Positions 1-8,102 of a stretch of 8,526 bases of DNA are shown one piece after another. This stretch comes from Azolla caroliniana (taxonomy: Eukaryota > Plantae > Polypodiophyta). The translations under genes and the position numbers were made by a program. Within the stretch, counting starts at the first letter, position 1; each line of letters begins with the position of its first letter. Under the pieces are notes generated by a model, which had not been told where the DNA came from, ran no database searches, and saw only the letters and a program-made list of their open reading frames with translations. The stretch spans positions 1-8,526 of the forward strand of contig JBHGNT010001434.1 in assembly GCA_043228905.1 (NCBI GenBank), read 5' to 3'.

Positions 1-386
1 CCATTGGAGGAGAGTACACATAGGTTCATTAAATGTCCTATAGCATGTACCATTTGGAAGTATTTATTCGACATTTGGCAAGTTTTAACCCGTTGTTATT
101 TGCGACCTCAACAATGGGTTTTTTCTCAGTATGTTCAAAATGGTTCAAATGACGAGAGGGAGATATTGTTCTAATTTTTACGTTATTGGGGATTACAACA
201 CAATTGGAATATGCCTAATGTTTTCATGTTTGATAGTAAACATGGGGTAAAAGCTTATATGACGAAGTTGAAAAGGTATTTATTCTTATGTGGAATTTCT
301 GGATGTTAGAGCATGTAGGGATCATTTCCTCAAATGCATATTCAGGTTTTCTAATGGCATTACATGACGTCCCTCTCCCTACATAG
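1..386 (+). mobile_element. Degenerate 3' end of an L1-type LINE ORF2 (zf-RVT/CCHC zinc-finger tail), runs off the window 5' edge
   Basis: Frame 1 reads PLEESTHRFIKCPIACTIWKYLFDIW...QWVF...RYWGLQHNWNMPNVFMFD. This fits the E..H.F..CP.A..IW and W.IW..RN...F motifs of plant LINE ORF2 C-termini. In-frame TAA at 172-174 and a frameshift near 270-282; the shifted frame ends at TAG 384-386. Confidence 0.75.
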
Positions 387-414
387 GCATATGCCTACGA
401 TAGGTAGAGGAGAC
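369..414. repeat. 46-nt imperfect palindrome / stem-loop
   Basis: Perfect core TAGGCATATGCCTA (384-397). Left arm GTC-CCTCTCCCTA-CATAGGCAT aligns with the reverse complement of the right arm, GTCTCCTCTACCTATCGTAGGCAT. Confidence 0.85.
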
Positions 415-460
415 TAAGAAGTGTTGTAACTAAGTGGATTTTACATACAATTAATATAAT

Positions 461-476
461 TGTGTGCTTTTACGAA

Positions 477-531
<55 letters not shown>

Positions 532-637
532 AAAGTAGGAAAAGAATTGACAGTTTGAGAGAGAGACATAGAGCAGTTTTAAGTCTGCCACATCAGCATT
601 AACATCTATCCCCTTAAAATAGAGAGTGTCTCTGCCT

Positions 638-686
<49 letters not shown>

Positions 687-719
687 TATTTATTCATATC
701 TCTATGTGTGTGCTTTTAC

Positions 720-757
<38 letters not shown>

Positions 758-847
758 AATTTTAATTTTGCCACATCAACATCAACTTCCATCCCCTTAG
801 AATAGAGAGTCTCTTCCTCTATGTGTGAGAGAGTATTTATCCATATC

Positions 848-906
<59 letters not shown>

Positions 907-908
907 CT
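461..908. repeat. Two tandem units (461-706, 707-908) carrying compound microsatellites
   Basis: Both units read TGTGTGCTTTTAC-(AG)n-...TTTTAA..TGCCACATCARCAT..ATCCCCTTARAATAGAGAGT..(TG)n(AG)n-TATTTATYCATATCTCTATGTGTG. SSRs: (AG)24 479-526, (TG)14 641-668, (AG)9 669-686, (AG)16 723-754, (TG)23 852-897. Confidence 0.9.
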
Positions 909-1110
909 CATCATCATTGAATTAGTGTCTAGAACCTTTGCATATGCAAAAAAACGACATTGCATAATCGCATTGTGCCTTGTACATAACCTATTGTTGT
1001 AAATTGTAATCATTATCATAACATGAAAAAAAAACTAATATGAGACTTTATGTCGACATTTTCAACTATGCCTAATATCATTATTTAATCAAAGAGAGAG
1101 ATGTGTATGC

Positions 1111-1210
1111 ATTTGGACCATTTCTTGATTTGTGTGTGCCATCCTTGTGCAAGGGTCATGCCAATCTTCTTTGTGTCATTCCAATTTTAACAAATGTCCC
1201 CCATAGGGAT
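1111..1210 (-). pseudogene. U6: U6 spliceosomal snRNA pseudogene, essentially full length
   Basis: Minus strand ATCCCTATGGGGGACATTTGTTAAAATTGGAATGACACAAAGAAGATTGGCATGACCCTTGCACAAGGATGGCACACACAAATCAAGAAATGGTCCAAAT is colinear with plant U6 (roughly 85% by eye). ACAGAGA box is changed to ACAAAGA and the AGC triad to GGC; no 3' oligo-T and no upstream USE/TATA. Confidence 0.93.
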
Positions 1211-1274
1211 GTAGTTTAGTTGGTAAGATTGCCCAATGGAGACCAGAAAGTCGTGAGTTCAATGCCTACATTCC
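1206..1274 (+). mobile_element. tRNA-derived module X (SINE-head-like), copy A
   Basis: A-box TAGTTTAGTTGG at 1212-1223 and B-box-like AGTTCAATGCC at 1256-1266. Acceptor-like GGGATG/CATTCC and T-arm-like GTGAG-TTCAATG-CCTAC; the anticodon arm is not canonical. Homologous to 3981-4052 on the minus strand. Confidence 0.75.
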
Positions 1275-1303
1275 ATGGTGTCTAGTAAGTTAGAGAGGAT
1301 ATA

Positions 1304-1465
1304 TATGGAGTAATAAAGAGGTTTGAGAAATTTGGTATTGAACCCAAGACCTAAGGCTGGTAGTTTAAGAAATGTATGGAATAATAAAGAGGTGAGAAAT
1401 TTGGTCTTGAACCCAAGATTTAGGACTAGTAGTCTAACAACTTAAAACTAGAATAAGATATTTAC
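1304..1465 (-). mobile_element. tRNA-derived module Y, tandem pair (partial 1304-1374, fuller 1375-1465)
   Basis: About 71-bp period. Minus-strand B-boxes GGTTCAATACC (1334-1344) and GGTTCAAGACC (1403-1413). Aligns in reverse with 3859-3945. Confidence 0.7.
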
Positions 1466-1710
1466 TAATAATAAAAATAATAAAAATAAAAATCTCAGGA
1501 ATAGTTCCAAGCCAACCAAGACATAGTCACCGCATTAAAATAATGAGAATGTGCCAATCTATAAAGCATAGCAAATATCGTAATAGCACATTTCTTTAGA
1601 ATGGTCTAAAGAGTAGTGCATAAACGTATATCTAAGTTGACACGCCTTGTGTCTTCCATGAGGTCATTGGCATATCAAGTTTCAAGCCCAATTGGCATAA
1701 CTATTAACAT

Positions 1711-1869
1711 CTTTTGTAAAGTCCACATTGAAAGATTTGTCATGTTGATGGAGAAAAACAAAACCATGTCAAGCTCTAAATATTGTTTTCTTTTGTGAAT
1801 TCCACATTGAAAGAATCATCATGTCAATGGAGACGATAGAAACCTATGTCAATCTCTATTCATTGTTTT
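1711..1869. repeat. Diverged 79-bp tandem duplication
   Basis: CTTTTGTRAA.TCCACATTGAAAGA...TCATGTYRATGGAGA...AAACC.ATGTCAA.CTCTA...ATTGTTTT starts at 1711 and again at 1790. Confidence 0.85.
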
Positions 1870-1894
1870 TAGAGAGAAATGGAGAGGATATTCT

Positions 1895-2080
1895 CGTCGC
1901 CCTTATAATGGGTTTTCGTTAAGTTAGCATCTCCCTTTCATAAGATGTTATCATATGTATAGAGGCATATGGTACATTTGGAATATGAGAAATGAGTCTC
2001 GAGTTTTTAGTCTCCAAGAGTACGAGAATAAGGTAAGTGGACTAAAAGGAATAGTTCTCTCAATTGAGCTATATTAGACA
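1895..2080 (+). mobile_element. Second, more decayed LINE ORF2 C-terminal relic related to 1-386
   Basis: WVF at 1909, then in another frame YRGIWYIWNMRNES (TGG at 1970) and LKGIVL. Same motif order as WVF / YWGLQHNWNMPN / LK in the first relic. Boundaries are approximate. Confidence 0.55.
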
Positions 2081-2513
2081 CCTTATACCCTAGGAGATTT
2101 AGCCTAGCTAGTCTTACAACACATTAGCAACTACATCTTCATTACATATTAGAGTGAGCAATAAGGGGTTTTTGTATTGTTCTTTGTTTTAGTATGCACG
2201 TTAAGAAAAGTATATCTTTAACTATTTGTTAAATATTGTTTTCATGAGTTTGTGGGATATATATATATCAAAAAACATGTTTTTTATGACTTCATCTTCA
2301 ATATTTGAAATCCATTAAACAAAAAGACAATACGTGGCTTTGTGCATTTGTCTCATGTGGACTCATGGTTTTTTAGCATTATCTTTTAAAAGGCAACAGA
2401 AATTTGATAGTGATCTCAAACTAATTGATGACAAGTTTTAAATGAATTCAACATCAAACATGTCCCTCATGTTTCAAAGAACAAACTCTCTGAAATTTCT
2501 TCTTTCAAATGGG

Positions 2514-2535
2514 CTCTCTCTCTCTCTCTCTCTCT
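2514..2535. repeat. (CT)11 microsatellite
   Basis: Read directly from the sequence. Confidence 0.95.
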
Positions 2536-2684
2536 AAGATAATGCTCAACTTGTCGTTATATAGGTGAGACTCGAAAGTAAGTTTTTTTCCAAGCTCTCT
2601 TTATTTTGTTCGTTGATGACAATGGTGTAGTAAGGTCACTAAGCCTAATAAAAGACAATATCATTTAAGGCTTAAACTTCACAC

Positions 2685-2991
2685 CACAATTGTTAAAAAA
2701 CATGTATTCTGCGTTTAGAATACTCTTAAGTATCCTGCACGTATTCTACATTTTAGAACTGCTCTTTTTCAATTTTTCAAATATTCTAAGTATTTAAAAA
2801 GTATTTAACAATTTTAAAAAAATTTAAAAATTCAAATTAAAAAAAAACTTTAAACTTTAAGAAATATTTAATGTATTTAACATATTTTTTCTGTAAAATA
2901 CGTATTCTAAGTATTTCGAAAAAAGTTAGAATACTTAGCATACGTATTCTACGTGTATTGTATGCTAAATATTCTAATCTTGAGCATTGGT
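2685..2991. mobile_element. Putative non-autonomous DNA transposon (MITE/hAT-like), about 300 bp
   Basis: About 8 copies of (CG)TATTCT/AGAATAC cluster toward both ends around an extremely AT-rich core. Degenerate ends CAATTGTTAAAA ... TTGAGCATTG; no clear TSD. Confidence 0.45.
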
Positions 2992-3712
2992 GAAGCAATG
3001 CCAACTTTAATCATTCTACGGTACTTGATATATATAGATTCACAATTTGCATTTGGTATCATGTGGGTGCTCATGTGCTTCTACATCTATTTAGTAGTAG
3101 TTAGGTGGATATCAAGACTTTATGTTACTAAATTGAATACCATTACCATTGATCCAAACACAAAGGAGGATGGTTTTTTATTCATGAAATAGTGGTAAAT
3201 TATATATATGTGTGTAGGCATAGAATTCAAAACCCACATGTTTCATGTTTTGATAGATGATGCCTCTATCTCCATCCATCTATTTGACTACGTGTTTTGT
3301 GGAAAAGATTGTAGACATTACTAGGTGTATGACTTATCCATTTTCATATAGGATAATAGAAACAATAAAGGGCATATTTCTTTGATATATGCTACACAGA
3401 GCATAGAGAAAATGCTTGTGGCGACAAGTGTCTCTCATTCTAATGATAAAGAGTCATTATCAAGAAAGAAAAATCCTTTGGAATTTTACTTTGATGTAAG
3501 ATGGTGTAAGATGTGAAACTATTAATGCAATATAATGATTCTTTTAAGGGTAATATTAAAACCTCTCTTCTTGTAAAATTTGAAATGATTGATTCTACCA
3601 CGATTAATCAAACTCTATCTCTATGGGCTACACCCCATCTCATAGATTCAATTGGTCTCTCGTGGACGTTAAAAATATCTCTCCATCTCTCTCTTATTTA
3701 TTTATTTATTGG

Positions 3713-3812
3713 AATTAGCTTAGCGTAGTCGTTAGTCATTTACAGGACTAGCATTACAGGTCGGGTTCATAACCCAATTTTCTCACATCTCTATTACTCA
3801 GTAGATATCTCT
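3713..3812 (+). mobile_element. Diverged tRNA-derived module Y copy
   Basis: A-box-like TAGCGTAGTCG at 3721, GGGTTCATAACCC at 3763-3775, then the family tail AATTTTCTCACATCTCTATTACTC. Confidence 0.6.
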
Positions 3813-3858
3813 CATTTGAACCACGAATTGTGCTCTCGCTCTCTCTCTCTTTCTTATC

Positions 3859-3945
3859 GTAAGTACCTTACCCTAGTGGTAAGTTGTTACACTACAAGCA
3901 CTATGTCTTGGGTTCAAGACCCAATTATCTCACCTCTCTAATACA
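3859..3945 (+). mobile_element. tRNA-derived module Y, copy B
   Basis: A-box-like TACCCTAGTGG at 3869-3879, perfect T-arm TTGGG-TTCAAGA-CCCAA at 3908-3924, tail TTATCTCACCTCTCTAATAC. Confidence 0.72.
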
Positions 3946-3980
3946 TATGTATCTCTTTTAATTCACTAAAGATCCCACTG

Positions 3981-4052
3981 TGGAATGTAGGGGTTGAACC
4001 CATGACCTCTTGGTCTCCATTGGGCAACCATACCCGAGATACAACTACATCC
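3981..4052 (-). mobile_element. tRNA-derived module X, copy B
   Basis: Minus strand GGATGTAGTTGTATCTCGGGTATGGTTGCCCAATGGAGACCAAGAGGTCATGGGTTCAACCCCTACATTCCA. Shares GGATGTAGTT, TTGCCCAATGGAGACCA and CCTACATTCCA with copy A. Confidence 0.75.
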
Positions 4053-4988
4053 ATCTAGGTTCTCTCTCTCTTCCCCCCCCCCTCCCCACCCTTCATCTTT
4101 TATCTTCTCTCCCTTGTTTTTTTTTGTAGAATAAAATGAAATGGCAATACAAACAAAATATATCAACCCAACTACATTGTTAAGGGTTTTTATGGCAAGA
4201 TTAACCCTCCAAGGTATTGGATAAGAAAAGAAACAAATCAACTTAATCTAGCTATGTAATGGTCTCCTTTCCTATGTTTTTTATGCAAGTTTCACCTAAA
4301 ATTTTAGAATAAGAAACATTTCTTCCGGGCTTAAGACGCATAGTAGCCCCTAGGAATAACTTTGAAGCCATTTAATAGAATTGAGTGACTTGGATTAAAA
4401 AAGCAGTTTAACTTTATCTAGGTGTATTATGTATAGTGGTTTACTTTGTCATGTTTTCTTATCCAAGTATCACTCAATTTTTTTGAATAAGAAGCATTAC
4501 TTCAATAACATACCATTGGTTAAAATAAACATTGATTTTAAGCTGATCTTGTTTTTCTACAACCATTCTTGTGTGAATATACACATGCTTTCCATTCTAC
4601 CATTCTTGGAGAATTATTTTCAATTTGAGATTGCATTAACAACTGGAATATCATTCATGTTATTTAGAATAATGTGAAACATTTGTCAAGGAAGTTTTGT
4701 TTTCAGTGTAAGGTTGTTTTCCAAAACCGTTACAATAAAGCCATGCAGCTAACATGATCTGAAATACTTATGGAACATTGCATTAGCCTTAAGAGGAAAC
4801 ACAAATATTTGAGTAGTTTTCTTTCTAGATACTTTGCACTCCATTGAAGGAAAATGTCATAAAATTCAATCCTTTGCTTAAGCCTTTACCATCACATGTG
4901 TATTGAGTGGGAGAATACAATGCAACAGAGTGGAGAAATTCACCTCACAATTGGGACTTGTAGCTATACTTAAATACGTTAAGTCGAT

Positions 4989-5004
4989 TATATATATATA
5001 TATA
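4989..5004. repeat. (TA)8 microsatellite
   Basis: Read directly from the sequence. Confidence 0.9.
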
Positions 5005-5781
5005 GGTTTGGAGAGTTGTCCAGTAGCTCAATGGATTTTAACTCTCTACAATTACATATTACGAATCAACACAAATTGGTGCAAAAAGTTCTTCAATGTT
5101 TTCAATCCAGAAGTTTATTTCAATTTTTGTTCTAGGCAGGCTTTGTCCTAAATTACAACAGGTTCTTATGCACACTTTTGGGCGGTAGTCGCTCAATGAT
5201 TTACAAGAACGATGAAATTACAGATAACCATACCTATATCACATCCCTTGAACTCGAACAATCCATTGCCTTCATTTCATGTTGACTATATACCACCAAA
5301 GTGTTTCCCATAATCAAATTTGCATTTTCTAGAGCTTTGCCTCAGCTTGCTGTAAACCTCGAAGTCATCAATTTTAAAGCCATGTCTTGCCATGGTTAAT
5401 TTTTTATATCAACAAGATGTTTCAAACCCATAAATTGGAGGTTTAACGAGCTTTATTCCAGAGTGTGCATCTATAAAAACACATTTTTTGTGAAGTTGGA
5501 AAACTTCGGCTTATGTGAATAGAGATCGCTGAAGGAGGGCTATTTACATTGCTTTAACGGTATTATCAAGGTTCAAATTGACGACACCTATACAGGTCGC
5601 TCATATCCTCAAGACTTTAGCCTTTATTATTTGTCCTCTTAACCTCTTATGGACCACTCCATATATGGTGGAAGGGATAGGTTGCATCAAGGACTCTTGG
5701 ACAAAAGGTCCTAGGACTCGATTAGTTTCAGACAAACCTTCCTTATTTGTAAGAGTTGCTATATGTAAGCTTTAAGATACG

Positions 5782-5985
5782 CTATAAGAGTTCCCAATCC
5801 GATTCAAACTCTTCTGCATGGTCATCCTTCTTGGTAGATAATTTGCTGAATGAGAAAGGAAATGAGTTGTCATTGTGTTGGAAGATGTTTATGTGGCTTT
5901 CACTAACCAACCACCGTGCTGATTGCTCCTCGTCTCCACTGTCAACTTCAACAAGAAATCCTGATACTATCATGGAATCTTGACC
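5782..5985 (-). CDS. Last coding exon of ATI3-like protein (ATG8-interacting, C-terminal AIM)
   Basis: Acceptor ttcatttaatttcag|GGT is phase 0, matching the upstream donor. Encodes GQDSMIVSG...DEEQSARW...DDHAEEFESDWELL followed by TAG at 5782-5784. Confidence 0.85.
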   Translation of the reverse strand, partial: GQDSMIVSGFLVEVDSGDEEQSARWLVSESHINIFQHNDNSFPFSFSKLSTKKDDHAEEFESDWELL

Positions 5986-6409
5986 CTGAAATTAAATGAA
6001 AAATCTCCCTTTCTATCTCACACAAAATCCAAAAAGTAATGTTATTTAAATGTGATACATGAATTCTATTGGCTACACAAACATTTCTTTAGCTTTGTAA
6101 AATAGAAGAATTTGACCTACTGTGAAGTAATAATAGATCGCATCCAGTCCTCTACTTATAAAGAAAATGTATTGCATGTACATTCACCCTACATATCCAT
6201 CATTAGGCATTTACATGATGCTCTCTCTCTAGATTCCAGATTTGTCTCATAGGATAATTTCCGTCTCTAGTTATTAATACATCGAGTGTGCATTTTTACT
6301 TTGGATATGTATCATTAAGAAAACTTATACGATTCAAAAGAAACTACTGAGTGTTTTGTGGAGGGCATTAAAATCTATGATACTATAAAAGAAGATTGAA
6401 GCAACAAAC

Positions 6410-7155
6410 CTTTGAAGTTCCACAGAGCTCAGTTGAAAAACGGTCACATGTGACCATTAGATCATCTGCTTCATTTCCAATTGACTTGCTTTCAGTAGAA
6501 CTAGATGTCACATCAACATCATCATTCATCTCATTCAAAGAGAGATCTTTGTCTCTGCCATGGCGTACATCTGAATTATGAATATTGCTTCCCATACAAG
6601 TGTTTAAATTACTTTGTAAATCGTCTGCATTTTTTAATCCATCTTGTGGCATTTTGCTTCTATCTTGACACCATATTCCAACTGCGTTCTCCTTTACAGC
6701 ATTCATGTTATCTAGAACCATTCCTTCAAATTTTGTTGTGCTCGTTTCAGGCTCTTCTTTGCTGGTTGGGGTAATTTTCTTTTTTACCAAACGTTTCTTG
6801 TTTACAGTTCGACAATGGCTTTTATAGCTGCCATTATGCTCATCTTTTTTTATACCATCTTGTTTACCGCATTGTTTTGGTGTGCTCACTTGATCAACAA
6901 ATATAGCATTGTTCTCAGTGTCTCGTAGACCTCCTATACATACCTTCTTTTCATCACTATCAATAACACCTTCGGCAGGCATTTCTTTGGTCTGAATGAT
7001 AACTTGGGTGAGGTTTGTTTCTTTGCTCTTTATAGCACTGCATTCAATGGCAGTGTCCTGTTTTTCCAACTTCACACTAATGAGATTATCAAACTCTGTA
7101 CTATCCATTCCCTTTTGTTTTGTGGTCACGTCTTCCATTTTATCTTCAACCTTTG
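6410..7155 (-). CDS. Large internal exon of ATI3-like protein (charged, probably disordered middle region)
   Basis: Long D/E/K/S/N-rich open frame; donor AAG|GTTTGT at 6410/6409 (phase 0). Phase-1 acceptor aatgcag|CA at 7155; an alternative in-frame acceptor ttgaag|AG at 7185 makes the 5' boundary uncertain. Confidence 0.8.
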
Positions 7156-7583
7156 CTGCATTATTGTTATGCTGAATATTAGCCTCTTCAATATTTTAAA
7201 TACAAACATCAAAAAGACAAATTCAGCTTCTTCAACATTCAAATCCTAACAGAAAAGACATCTCTCTCCCTCCCTCCAGTATACTCTCTCTCAATATATG
7301 TATAGAGAAAGATTTTCACAAGTTTAAGAAAAAAGGTGGAAGAGGAAACTGAAAGAGCAAATGAACAGTGCATATCATAGATGGAAACAAAAGCTAGATC
7401 AACATGAATCAGGGTATTAATCTTAAGAAACATGTTTGGTATATTGATGTCAGTATAGACTGTTCATTAAAGAAATATGTGTGTATGATTCAGATTTGAA
7501 ACCTTCATTTTTATTCTTAGTAAAGCTATCAGGCTTAAGCCTTTAAAGAGCTATATCTGTGAATATTGCTATTTAGGCTATAT

Positions 7584-7730
7584 TTAGCATTTTACTTGAG
7601 TTTTTAGTGCCATATGGATACATCATGCACATTGCACAGTAACTCCACTTTCCAAGACGAGCTTAGCATTTCACTTGAGTTTTTAGTGTCATATGATACA
7701 CCATGCATGGTATCTCGTCTTTCCAAGATG
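7584..7730. repeat. Intronic 79-bp tandem duplication
   Basis: TTAGCATTTYACTTGAGTTTTTAGTGYCATATG(G)ATACAYCATGCA at 7584 and 7663, each followed by CTTTCCAAGA. Confidence 0.88.
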
Positions 7731-7809
7731 TTCATATGGTGGTTTTTCTATACTTCCGTACATTTGCCATACAGTTTACATATGGAATGGATTTCAGGGA
7801 TTGACAAGT

Positions 7810-8010
7810 ATGTAACAGTATCATGTATCTACAACTTTTTCTTTATGAACATGTAGCACTATCATGCATTGATGTGTTTCTTTACGAGTAAGTACACAAT
7901 ATCATGCATCTGTATTTGTCTTTTAACAAGCATGTAACACTAGTATATATCTATTTGTGTTTCTTTATGACCATGTCACACTATGATGTATCAATATGTG
8001 TTTCTTTCAG
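7810..8010. repeat. Intronic degenerate minisatellite, 5 units of about 41 bp
   Basis: Units start at 7810, 7851, 7891, 7932 and 7973. Approximate consensus ATGTAACACTATCATGYATCTAT.TGTGTTTCTTTATGA.C. Confidence 0.82.
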
Positions 8011-8102
8011 TAGGCAATAACGCATCTAGTGCTTAGCAGTGCATATGGAAATTAGCATAAAACTATAAGATGCTGACAGAAGGGAAGCATTAGAAAAAAC
8101 AC

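Noticed and set aside
369-440. Helitron 3' terminus (hairpin plus CTRR) or miRNA precursor
   Set aside because: The hairpin is longer than a typical Helitron one, is loopless and short for a plant pre-miRNA, and the upstream sequence is LINE-like.
1111-1210. Functional U6 snRNA gene
   Set aside because: The ACAGAGA box and AGC triad are mutated, and there is no oligo-T terminator or USE/TATA promoter.
2081-2140. Third X/Y fragment (CCTTATACCCTAG...CAACTACATC)
   Set aside because: Only two matches of about 10 nt and no B-box; could be chance.
1206-4052. Functional tRNA genes at the X and Y modules, or a specific isotype (partial His/Ala/Pro-like resemblance)
   Set aside because: Anticodon arms do not pair canonically and D-arms are damaged; the isotype cannot be assigned by eye.
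5023-5034. Isolated A-box TAGCTCAATGG
   Set aside because: No convincing B-box or T-arm at a suitable distance.
1616-5151. Short ORFs at 1616, 2953, 3513, 3966, 4429 and 4903
   Set aside because: They are 60-91 aa with compositions typical of AT-rich noncoding DNA, several have non-ATG starts, several cross repeats, and none shows a recognisable motif.
5578-7856. Plus-strand ORFs at 5578, 5756, 6396, 6505, 7004 and 7614, and the minus-strand ORF at 7239-7433
   Set aside because: They are antisense shadows of the real exons or lie in intron/UTR sequence, with no motif or splice support.
7810-8010. CRISPR-like array
   Set aside because: Units are contiguous and degenerate with no unique spacers, lie in a eukaryotic intron, and no cas genes are present.
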